A stretch of 64,000 bases of DNA from NCBI GenBank assembly GCA_050015075.1, contig JBEKCB010000011.1, positions 36,640-100,639 of the forward strand, written 5' to 3'. A model generated the notes under the pieces. It ran no database searches, was not told where the DNA came from, and saw nothing but the letters and a program-made list of their open reading frames with translations. The stretch is from Candidatus Brocadiia bacterium (GTDB lineage: Bacteria; Planctomycetota; Brocadiia; CAIUPP01). The position numbers and the translations under genes are program-made. Positions 18,745 through 27,312 of this stretch are shown here, in pieces; position 1 is the stretch's first letter; each line of letters opens with the position of its first letter.

Positions 18745-18843
18745 AGAAAGGAATGCTCTCGCCAAGACGCCAAGAGCGCCAAGAACGAAAAAACCTGATG
18801 CTGTTGTCCTTTGCGCTCTTTGCGTCTTGGCGAGAGACCTTTC
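18745..18843. repeat. Palindromic repeat family E, copy 3 (roughly 35-bp stems; terminator-like hairpin after the DUF4159-like gene)
   Basis: gaaaggaatgctctcgccaagacgccaagagcgccaagaac … gtcctttgcgctctttgcgtcttggcgagagacctttcc. Confidence 0.7.
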
Positions 18844-19247
18844 CTTTTCTTACGCAAAGATCAATAGCCGCCGGCGGCGGTTGAAAAGCCCAATATATAA
18901 GGGTTTATCTGTAATTGTTTCACGTGGAACATAATGGTATTTCTGATAGGCTTTGGCGCGCCATGCCGCCGTCATGCCGCCACATCGGGCCGCAATGAGG
19001 CCGGAGCGTCTGCGCATTGTCCGTAGGTCGGCGGCCATTGATGAAGCGACGGGCCTGCAGCGTCCTGAACAAGATCAAGGCGGTCAGGCGTCTCCATCGG
19101 CTCGGCGGCGCGACCCCGGTCGACGTGAACATTTTTACGCGATGACGCGTTAACAAAAATGCCGACTTGACCGCCCGAGCCTCGGCGAAGGCAGATTGCC
19201 GATAACTAATTCCTGGTGTCTAGTCCCATGTTCAGCGAGGTATCCCT

Positions 19248-20354
19248 GTGGAAAATGAAGAGGTAGTTGAGCCTCATCTGCGCGCCGAAGCTCCGGCGCG
19301 CGCGGAGCCGCTGGTGGAGGACGAGGAGAAACTCATCGCGCGGCTGGGCGAGGTGCGCGCGAAACTGCTCAAGGAGGTCCGCCGCGTCATCGTCGGACAG
19401 GACGAGGTGCTCGAACAGCTCCTCATCGCCATGTTCTGCCGCGCGCACACGCTCGTCGTCGGCGTGCCGGGGCTGGCGAAGACGCTGATCGTGCGCACGC
19501 TCGCGCGGACGATGAACCTGGACTTCAAGCGCATCCAGTTCACGCCCGACCTGATGCCCAGCGACATCACCGGCACGGAGATTCTCCAGATTGACCCCGA
19601 GACGCAGCAGCGCGATTTCAAGTTCATCCCGGGCCCGGTCTTCACGAATATCCTGCTCGCCGACGAGATCAACCGCACGCCGCCGAAGACGCAGGCGGCG
19701 CTGCTCGAGTGCATGCAGGAGTACCGCGTCACCTCCGCCCGGCGCACCTACAATATCAAGCCGCCGTTCTTCGTGCTCGCCACGCAGAACCCGATCGAGC
19801 AGGAAGGGACGTACCCGCTGCCCGAGGCGCAGCTCGACCGGTTCATGCTGAACATCATCATCCAGTACCCGTCGCGCGAGGAGGAGATCGAGATCATGCG
19901 GCGGACGACGACGGAGGAGACGGCGGAGGCGCGGCTGGTGATGGACGCCGCGGAGATCCTGCAGGTCCAGCAGATCGTCCGGCGCGTGCCGGTGAGCGAC
20001 CACGTGCTGGAGTACGTCGCCGACCTCGCGCGCGGGTCGCGGCCGAACTCGGAGAACACATTCCAGTTCATCCGCGACTGGGTCGAGTGGGGCGCCGGTC
20101 CGCGGGCGGCGCAGTACCTGGTGCTCGGCGCCAAGGCGCGCGCGGTGATCGCCGGGCGGTTCAACGTCTCCTGCGCCGACGTGCGCGCGGTGGCCCTGCC
20201 CGTGCTGCGGCACCGCATCATCACCAATTTCAACGCCGACAGCCAGGGCGTGAGCGTGGACGACGTGGTCGCCAAGCTCCTCCAGAGCGTGCCGGAGCCG
20301 TCGGAAGCGTCGTACGCCAAGAAAAGCGCCCTTCGGCCGGAGAAGCGGCGATAG
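19248..20354 (+). CDS. moxR: MoxR-family AAA+ ATPase
   Basis: Walker A GVPGLAKT, Walker B ILLADEINR, sensor and arginine motifs. 368 aa. Confidence 0.9.
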   Translation: MENEEVVEPHLRAEAPARAEPLVEDEEKLIARLGEVRAKLLKEVRRVIVGQDEVLEQLLIAMFCRAHTLVVGVPGLAKTLIVRTLARTMNLDFKRIQFTPDLMPSDITGTEILQIDPETQQRDFKFIPGPVFTNILLADEINRTPPKTQAALLECMQEYRVTSARRTYNIKPPFFVLATQNPIEQEGTYPLPEAQLDRFMLNIIIQYPSREEEIEIMRRTTTEETAEARLVMDAAEILQVQQIVRRVPVSDHVLEYVADLARGSRPNSENTFQFIRDWVEWGAGPRAAQYLVLGAKARAVIAGRFNVSCADVRAVALPVLRHRIITNFNADSQGVSVDDVVAKLLQSVPEPSEASYAKKSALRPEKRR

Positions 20355-20355
20355 C

Positions 20356-20472
20356 AATCGTCCTCGTCGTCGTCCTCGCCCTCGTCCTCGAATTCCGTAC
20401 GGAACGACCGAGGACGAGGACGAGGACGAAAACTAATTCGAGGACGAGGACGACGACGAGGACGAGGACGAT
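20356..20472. repeat. Palindromic repeat family C, copy 1 (GTCCTCGTCGTCGTCCTCG… / …CGAGGACGAGGACGACGACGAGGAC), intra-operonic between moxR and the DUF58 gene
   Basis: Triplet-periodic GAGGACGAC-type arms forming a roughly 45-bp stem. Related copies at 34511-34594, 54796-54887 and a half copy at 61606-61672. Confidence 0.75.
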
Positions 20473-20484
20473 AAAAGACGAACG

Positions 20485-21384
20485 ATGCCCAAAGCCTTTC
20501 ATAGCACATATTACGATCCCGCCCGCCTGGCCAAGCTCGGCAATCTGCAACTGCTGGCGCGGACGGTGGTCGAGGGGTACATCAGCGGGCTGCACCGCAG
20601 CCCGTTCAAGGGGTTCAGCGCCGAGTTCGCCTCGTACCGCGAATACCTGCCCGGCGACGACCTGAAGCACTTCGACTGGAAAGTCTTCGCGCGCTCGGAC
20701 CGGAAGTACGTGCGGGAGTACGAGGAAGAGACGAACATGACCTGCACGGTGGTCCTCGACGCGAGCGGCTCGATGTCATATCACTCCGACGGGATCAGCA
20801 AGCTGGCGTACGGCTGCTACCTGGCCGCGGCGCTGACGTACCTGATGGTGCAGCAGCGCGACCAGGTGGGGCTGCTGATCTTCGACGAGGCGGTCCGCGA
20901 GCGCATCCCGCCGCGCAGCAGCCCGGCGCACATGAAATACATCCTCGACCGCCTCGAGAGCGTCGCGCCGAAGGGCCGCACCGGCCTGGCGCAGTGCCTT
21001 CACCCGGTCGTCGAGAGCCTCAAGCGGCGCGGGCTGGTGGTGATCATCAGCGACCTGATGGACGAGCCGGACGCGGTGATGAACCTGTTCCAGCACTTCC
21101 GCCACGAGCGCCATGAGATCATCGTCTTCCACGTGCTCGACAACGCCGAGATCGAGTTCCCGTTCCAGGGGCTGATCGAGTTCCGCGACCTGGAGACGCG
21201 CGAGAAGATGCAGCTTCGCGCCGAGGTGATCCGCGAGGCCTATCGCCAGAAGTTCGACGAGTTCGTGGAGCGCTATCGCCGGGAATGCATGAAGGCGAAG
21301 ATTGACTACCAGCTCGTGAACACGCAGACGCCGTTCGAGCTGATGCTCGCCGCCTATCTGCGAAAACGGGAGACGCGCGGCTGA
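20485..21384 (+). CDS. DUF58 (VWA-like) protein, MoxR partner
   Basis: DUF58 signature HRSPFKG.S.EFA..REY..GDD.R.IDWK. Immediately downstream of moxR. Confidence 0.85.
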   Translation: MPKAFHSTYYDPARLAKLGNLQLLARTVVEGYISGLHRSPFKGFSAEFASYREYLPGDDLKHFDWKVFARSDRKYVREYEEETNMTCTVVLDASGSMSYHSDGISKLAYGCYLAAALTYLMVQQRDQVGLLIFDEAVRERIPPRSSPAHMKYILDRLESVAPKGRTGLAQCLHPVVESLKRRGLVVIISDLMDEPDAVMNLFQHFRHERHEIIVFHVLDNAEIEFPFQGLIEFRDLETREKMQLRAEVIREAYRQKFDEFVERYRRECMKAKIDYQLVNTQTPFELMLAAYLRKRETRG

Positions 21385-21523
21385 TGGATAACGGATTCAA
21401 CGTCGAACATTCAACGTCCAACATCGAACGTCCAAGTGCTCATGATCGCGCCAGCGCGCACTTGGACGTTGAGCGTTCGACGTTGAGCGTTCGATGTTCG
21501 TCCGTTCTGAGAGCTGGTGCAGA

Positions 21524-23659
21524 ATGATCCATCTCCTCTGGCTCTCGCTGGCGATCCCGATCATCATCCACCTGGTGCATCGGCGGAAGGCGAAGCCGAT
21601 GCCGTTCAGCACGCTGCGCTTTTTGCAGATGGTGGACCAGCGCGTGGCGCGGCGGCAGCGGCTGCGGGAACTGCTGCTGCTGGCGTTGCGCATGCTGCTG
21701 CTGGCCGCGCTGATCGGCGCGCTCGAGCGTCCGATGCTCCACTCCGGCGGCTTCAAGGGAACCGGCCTCCCGACCACCGTGGCGATCCTCCTCGACGACA
21801 CCGCCTCGATGCAGGCGGTGAAGCAGGGCTCCAGCGCGTTCGCGCGCGCCCGCGACGGCGCGCTCCAGGTGCTCGACGGCCTGAAGAACGAGGATTCCGC
21901 CGTGGTGACGCTCGCGACTTCCGCCGGCGACCCGCCCGAGCCGCCCACCACCGCGCTGCCCGAACTGCGCGCCAAGCTCTCGCGGATGGAATGCGGCTAC
22001 GGCACCGCGGAGCTGAGCGCGCCGCTGCGCCGCGCCATCGCCAGCCTCCAGCTCAGCTCGAACCCGGTCAAGGAAATCTACATCCTCACCGACATGCAGA
22101 AGAACGCGTGGACGGAGGCGCTCAAGGACGCCGCCGCGCAGGCGCCGAAGGGCGTGCCGGTGTTCGTCGTGGACGTGGGCGCTGACGTGTCGGAGAACCT
22201 GGCGGTCAAGGACGTGGACTTCGGCATCAAGGCGAACGTCGTCGGCGCGCCCGCGACCTGCTGGTGCCGCGTCGAGAACGCCGGCTCGCAACGGATGGAG
22301 CGCAAGGTCTCGCTCTTCCTCGAGGGGCAGAAGATCGCCGAGCAGCCCGCGGCGGTGAACGCCGGCGGCACGCAGACGCTGACCTTCCGCCACGTCTTCG
22401 ACCGGATGGGCGACTTCAGCGGCTATGTCGAGGTCGAGCCCGACGAACTGCCCGCGGACAACCGGCGCTGGTTCACCGTGCAGGTCGTCGAGAAACTCCC
22501 GGTGCTGGTCATTGACGGCGCGCCGTCGGTCATCGCGTATCGCGACGGCGCGTTTTTTCTCCGGCTGGCGCTGGAGGGAAGCGCGGTGGCGGGGAAGAAG
22601 CTTTCGCCGATCGAGACGCGCGTCGTGTCGGAAGCGGAGGCGGCGTCGCAGCGCTTCGAGGACTATCGCTGCATCATCCTCGCCGACGTGCCGCGCGTCG
22701 AGGAGCGGCTGGCCGACCGGCTGAAGGACTACGTCAAGGCCGGCGGCGGGCTGCTGATCTTCTGCGGCGAGAAGGTGGACGCGGCGGCGTTCAACGTGGC
22801 GCTCGGGACGCCGGACCTCGCCGGCGCCGGCGTCCTTCTCCCGGCGCCGCTCGGCCCGGTGATGACCGCCTCGGAGAAGGAGCATCCCTTCTTCCAGGTC
22901 CAGCGCACCGACACGAGCCACCCGATCTTCCGCGACATCAGCGCGGAGACTGACCTGGGCACCGCGCGGGTCAGGAGTTTCCTCTCGACCGAGGTCCCGA
23001 AAGGCAGCGGCGCCGCGGTGATCGTGGAGATGAACGGCGGTCCGCTCCTGCTCGAGCGCAAGTTCGGCGCGGGCGCCGTGGTCCTCTGCACGAGTTCGTG
23101 CACGCCCGCGTGGAACAACCTTCCGCTGAAGCCGTACTTCGTGCCGATCCTCCACCAGATCGTCTATTACCTCAGCCGCACCGGCGGCGACGCCGAACGC
23201 AGCACGCCGGCCGGGACGCCGTACCTGCTGAAGCTGCCGAACACGCCCGCGCCGGTGACGGTGGAGTTCTCGCTGCCGGCGAAGGACGCGAAAGAGAAGG
23301 CCGATTCGACCCGCGAGGTGAAGAGCGCGCAGACGGCCGGCGAGAACCGCGCGGCGCTCCGCGACACCGCCCGCCCCGGCATTTACAGCGCGGAATTCAA
23401 CATCACCGGCGCCGCGCAGCGGCAGCTCTTCGCGGTCAACACACCGTCCGAGGAAACCGAGCTGGCGCGGCTGCCGCTCGAAAAGGCGCGCGACTACCTC
23501 GACCGCGGAAACGTCGTCCTCGTCCCCGGCGCCGAGGCGATCGCGCCCGCCGTCCGGATCGAGCGAAACGGCGTGCCGCTCTGGGATTACCTGCTGCTGG
23601 CGACGATCGTTCTGGCGGTGTGCGAGTGTTTCGTTGGGAACGTGGTGCTCAAACGGTGA
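21524..23659 (+). CDS. BatA-like membrane protein (N-terminal double-TM 'aerotolerance regulator' domain, VWA-like, GATase1-like domain)
   Basis: N-terminus MIHLLWLSLAIPIIIHLVHRRK typical of the BatA N-terminal domain. A C-terminal region resembles the ThuA/GATase1-like halves of the 17204 gene. Confidence 0.7.
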   Translation: MIHLLWLSLAIPIIIHLVHRRKAKPMPFSTLRFLQMVDQRVARRQRLRELLLLALRMLLLAALIGALERPMLHSGGFKGTGLPTTVAILLDDTASMQAVKQGSSAFARARDGALQVLDGLKNEDSAVVTLATSAGDPPEPPTTALPELRAKLSRMECGYGTAELSAPLRRAIASLQLSSNPVKEIYILTDMQKNAWTEALKDAAAQAPKGVPVFVVDVGADVSENLAVKDVDFGIKANVVGAPATCWCRVENAGSQRMERKVSLFLEGQKIAEQPAAVNAGGTQTLTFRHVFDRMGDFSGYVEVEPDELPADNRRWFTVQVVEKLPVLVIDGAPSVIAYRDGAFFLRLALEGSAVAGKKLSPIETRVVSEAEAASQRFEDYRCIILADVPRVEERLADRLKDYVKAGGGLLIFCGEKVDAAAFNVALGTPDLAGAGVLLPAPLGPVMTASEKEHPFFQVQRTDTSHPIFRDISAETDLGTARVRSFLSTEVPKGSGAAVIVEMNGGPLLLERKFGAGAVVLCTSSCTPAWNNLPLKPYFVPILHQIVYYLSRTGGDAERSTPAGTPYLLKLPNTPAPVTVEFSLPAKDAKEKADSTREVKSAQTAGENRAALRDTARPGIYSAEFNITGAAQRQLFAVNTPSEETELARLPLEKARDYLDRGNVVLVPGAEAIAPAVRIERNGVPLWDYLLLATIVLAVCECFVGNVVLKR

Positions 23660-23737
23660 GGCGCAAGAAATGGGAGTTATGGGAAGGAAGATGGGAGATA
23701 TGATTGGCGCGGCGGCCTTCCTTATTCTGAAGCGGCG

Positions 23738-26098
23738 ATGAGTAACTGGGAATTCACATTCACGGGAACCTGGTCGGCGTGGATCGTCGCGCTGATCGCC
23801 TTCGGGGCGGTCGCGTTGACGTTGCTCTTCTACCGCGCGAAGCGGGCGCAGTTGTCGCGGCGCGCGTTCATTATCCTCACGGTCCTGCGGACGCTGGTGA
23901 TCGTGGCGACGGCGCTGTTCCTCATGAAGCCGGTGCTTCGCTTCAGCCGCAACGCCGCGGAGCGCAGCCAGGTGATTGTCCTGCAGGATGTCTCGCAGAG
24001 CATGGGCATCCACGACGCCATCGAGGGACGCAGCCGGCTCGAGGCCGGGCTCTTCCTGCTGCGCGAGTCGCCGTACAAGATCCTCGAGAAGCTCTCCGAC
24101 ACGCACCAGGTCCGCTTTTTCACGTTCGGCAGCGTGACGGCGGAGACGCAGCCCTCCGGCGCGTTCCAGGCGGACGAGCGCGCGACCGCGCTCGGCGACG
24201 CGCTGAAGGAATCCGTCGCGCGCGTCGGACAGCCGGCGACGGCGGCGGTGATCCTGCTCACCGACGGCGTTCCGACTTCCGGCGAGGACCCGCGCATGGT
24301 CGCGCGTACGCTCGGCGTGCCCGTGTTCCCGATCGCGCTCGGCGGCCGGATGGCGGAGAAGGGAAAATTCTTCGACATCGGCATCGCCGGCGTCCCGCAC
24401 AACCTGGAGCTGATCGTCAACAACATCGGGAAGCTGAAATTCACGCTCTCGAACTTCGGCATCGAGGGCCTCAGCGACGCCGAGCGCGCCATGACGATGA
24501 CGCTGAGCTGCAAGAACCAGGTCGTCGCGACCGCGCCGGTGCAGTTCCCCGCGCAGAACGGCTCGCGCGAGGCGGAGATCGAGTACACGCCCAAGGAGGT
24601 CGGCGTCCAGAAGCTCACCGTGGCGCTGCCGACGCTGCCGGGCGAGCCGATCACGGAGAACAACACCCGCGAGTTCATCGTGCGCGTGGTGGAGCCGAGG
24701 ATCCGCGTGCTGATCGTCGAGGGCGTCATCCGCAGCGAGTACCGCTTCCTGCGCAAGGTCCTCGGCAGCGACCCGACGATCCAGGTCACGAGCGTGATCA
24801 AGAAGGACAAGGAGGAGTTCTATCAGCAGGATTCCGACCCGGGCATTGACCTGAGCCGCGGGCTGCCGCGGAACAAGGAGGACTTCAAGAAGTTCGACGT
24901 CGTCATCCTCGGCGACATCGCGCGCGCGGAGTTCACCGACGAGCAGTTGCAGGGCCTGAAGGACTACGTCTCCGGCGGGGCCGGGCTGCTGGCCATCGGC
25001 GGTTATCACGCGTACGGGCCGGGCGGCTACGCGGACAGCCCGGTCGCCGACCTGCTCCCGCTGAAGATCCATGGGCCGGCGGACGGGCAGAGCGCGGGGA
25101 ACTTCGCGCCCGCGCTGACGCCGCTCGGCAGAGCGCACCCGGTCTTCGAAGGCTGCGAGAAGTTCTTCGAGGACTCCTCGAACCCGGCCGATGCGGCCGC
25201 GGAGAAAAGTGCCGCCGCCATGGCGACGCTCGACGGCGCGAACCGCGTCGTCGGCGTCAAACCCGGCGCGGAGATCCTCATGGTCAACCCGAAGGAGACT
25301 CTTCCGGGCGGCAACGAGAATATGCCCGTCGTCGCCGTGCAGCAATTCGGCGTCGGCCGCGTGCTGGCGCTGACGGCCGACACGACCTGGAAGTGGAGAT
25401 TCCAGATGGAAGGGCATGGGCTGGATTCTCCGTACTATCGTTTCTGGCGCCAGTCCGTCCGCTGGGCGGCCGGGCGCAAGGACCAGGGCGGCCAGCGCGT
25501 CAAGGACCGCCTGATCGCGTGGCCGGACAAGCTGGAGTACGCGCTCGGCGAGCCGATGACGATCGAGGCGCGTGTCCAGAGCGCCGACGGCGAGCCGCTG
25601 GACAACGCGAAGGTGGAGGTGGAAATCCAGAACCCGACGCCCGGCGGAGCGGCGCCGCCGCAGGCTTCGCCGAAAAGCACGGGCGGCGACGCGCCTGCCG
25701 CCAAGGCGGTCCTCGGCCGCGACGCTCAGACGGTCGGACAGTATCGCGGCAGCGTGTCGCCGAGCATCGGCGGGATCGGCCGCGCGATCGTGACGGCCTC
25801 GGACAAGAACGCCGAGTTCGCCCGCGTGGAATTCGAGTTCTCCGTCGGGCAGATCGCCGGCGAATTCGACCGCGTGGACGTGGACGAGGTGCTGCTTCAG
25901 ACGCTGGCGGCGGAGACCGGCGGCGAGTTCCACACGTTCGCGACCGCCGCGCAGATCCCCGAGGAACTCGACCAGCGGCAGCACCGCGTGATGTATCACG
26001 AGGAAAAGAACATCTGGAACGAGTGGGGCTTCGCGCTGGTGTTCCTGGCGTGCGCCTCCGCCGAATGGCTCTTGCGCAAACGCAATGCGCTGAATTAA
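23738..26098 (+). CDS. Membrane-anchored VWA/GATase1-like domain protein (BatA/BatB-like)
   Basis: Two N-terminal TM helices, then a VWA-like region (VIVLQDVSQSM…) and a GATase1-like domain (…FDVVILGD…GAGLLAIGG…). 786 aa. Confidence 0.65.
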   Translation: MSNWEFTFTGTWSAWIVALIAFGAVALTLLFYRAKRAQLSRRAFIILTVLRTLVIVATALFLMKPVLRFSRNAAERSQVIVLQDVSQSMGIHDAIEGRSRLEAGLFLLRESPYKILEKLSDTHQVRFFTFGSVTAETQPSGAFQADERATALGDALKESVARVGQPATAAVILLTDGVPTSGEDPRMVARTLGVPVFPIALGGRMAEKGKFFDIGIAGVPHNLELIVNNIGKLKFTLSNFGIEGLSDAERAMTMTLSCKNQVVATAPVQFPAQNGSREAEIEYTPKEVGVQKLTVALPTLPGEPITENNTREFIVRVVEPRIRVLIVEGVIRSEYRFLRKVLGSDPTIQVTSVIKKDKEEFYQQDSDPGIDLSRGLPRNKEDFKKFDVVILGDIARAEFTDEQLQGLKDYVSGGAGLLAIGGYHAYGPGGYADSPVADLLPLKIHGPADGQSAGNFAPALTPLGRAHPVFEGCEKFFEDSSNPADAAAEKSAAAMATLDGANRVVGVKPGAEILMVNPKETLPGGNENMPVVAVQQFGVGRVLALTADTTWKWRFQMEGHGLDSPYYRFWRQSVRWAAGRKDQGGQRVKDRLIAWPDKLEYALGEPMTIEARVQSADGEPLDNAKVEVEIQNPTPGGAAPPQASPKSTGGDAPAAKAVLGRDAQTVGQYRGSVSPSIGGIGRAIVTASDKNAEFARVEFEFSVGQIAGEFDRVDVDEVLLQTLAAETGGEFHTFATAAQIPEELDQRQHRVMYHEEKNIWNEWGFALVFLACASAEWLLRKRNALN

Positions 26099-26102
26099 AC
26101 TT

Positions 26103-26129
26103 GGATGGACGATGGACGATGGACGACGG
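26103..26129. repeat. Family B half-copy (ggatggacgatggacgatggacgacgg)
   Basis: Same GACGATGGAC unit as 11331-11458, without an obvious partner arm. Confidence 0.5.
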
Positions 26130-26171
26130 ACTAACGCTCCGATTCCATTGCCTATCTTCGGAGGCAAAAAT

Positions 26172-27302
26172 TTGCGGCGTTGTATCATTGGACTTCTGCT
26201 CATCTTTGCGGCATGCCGGACGGGTTTCGGCGCTGAAAAACTCGCATGGCGCGACGCGTCGGTCGAACTGAGCGACGGGCGGACGGTCGCCGGGCAGGTC
26301 GCGCTCGTGAACGACCAGTTGATCATCCATAACGACGCGCAGGAGAAGAAGTACACCGTCCGGCTCGCCGAGATGAAGCAGCTCGAGTCGCTCGTCGAGA
26401 AGGAATCCTTGGAGAAGAAGTGGTTCTTCAAGGAGGACGGCCGCGACGAGAAAGTCTATACCGGCGAGGTCTATCCCGTGCGCTATTTCAACACGCGCGT
26501 GACGTTCGGCGACGGGCGCACGCTCGAGGGCCACATCATCAGCACCACGGCGCTTCTCAAAGTCGGCGACGACGCGCCGGAGCGCCTCTTCCTGACCCGG
26601 CAGATGGAGGGCAAGGTCGGCCAGAAGCTCGACGACCTCGTCTACGTCAAGCGCATCGCGCTCAAGGGCGAAGCCGCCGGCGTCCTGGGCAGCATCCGCG
26701 GGACGGTGCGCCTGCCCGCGGGCGAAAAGCTGGTGGGCGTCATCGCCATCAACTGCCAGGACGATACCAGCCTCACGGCTGAAATGGGCGGGAACGGCGC
26801 GTTCAAGTTCACCGAGTGCACGCGCGGCGCTTACGACCTGATCGTCCTGTCGGACCGGGCGATTTACGCAGGGTTCAGCGCGGAAAAGGCGCCCGACGGC
26901 GCGCGCCTCGGCGCGGGGACGCTGAAGGAAATCTCCGACTGGTCGAAGAACGTCCGCGATTTCTTCGACTCGCACGACCCGCTATACGGCGCCGGGAGCC
27001 TGGAGCGCGCCTACGTCCTCGTCCGCATGGAACGCGCGCGCGACCGCGCGAACACGCTCCAGGCCGACACGATGTTCCGCCGCTACGAGGTGTGGCTGAT
27101 GGCGAAGCCGGAGGACGAGTGGGTGATCGCGAAGCGCTTCGTCCTCCAGCGCGGCCTCAGCGCGGGCAAGGACATCCCGAGAGAACGCATGGAAATCCGG
27201 CCGGCGCTGGCCGGACAGAACGTCAGCGCGGAGCGCAGCGACTTGACGCTTTCGCTGCAACTGGCCGGCGGCGACGCGGCCGTTTCTCAGCCGTCGAACT
27301 GA
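26172..27302 (+). CDS. Hypothetical secreted protein (TTG start proposed)
   Basis: GGAGG at 26160-26164, then TTG at 26172. N-terminus LRRCIIGLLLIFAACRTGFGA is a signal peptide. The ATG at 26112 lies inside repeat B2 and is less plausible. Confidence 0.5.
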   Translation: MRRCIIGLLLIFAACRTGFGAEKLAWRDASVELSDGRTVAGQVALVNDQLIIHNDAQEKKYTVRLAEMKQLESLVEKESLEKKWFFKEDGRDEKVYTGEVYPVRYFNTRVTFGDGRTLEGHIISTTALLKVGDDAPERLFLTRQMEGKVGQKLDDLVYVKRIALKGEAAGVLGSIRGTVRLPAGEKLVGVIAINCQDDTSLTAEMGGNGAFKFTECTRGAYDLIVLSDRAIYAGFSAEKAPDGARLGAGTLKEISDWSKNVRDFFDSHDPLYGAGSLERAYVLVRMERARDRANTLQADTMFRRYEVWLMAKPEDEWVIAKRFVLQRGLSAGKDIPRERMEIRPALAGQNVSAERSDLTLSLQLAGGDAAVSQPSN

Positions 27303-27312
27303 AAGGGCGGAC

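Noticed and set aside
20356-20472. Possible CRISPR array (regular GAGGACGAG-type repeats)
   Set aside because: The units are 3-nt periodic within palindromic arms and have no unique spacers. No cas genes. These are hairpin repeats, not CRISPR.
21440-26431. 1663-aa ORF on the minus strand spanning the BatA-like/VWA genes
   Set aside because: Antisense to two well-supported plus-strand genes. Low-complexity R/A/G-rich translation. A GC3 artefact.
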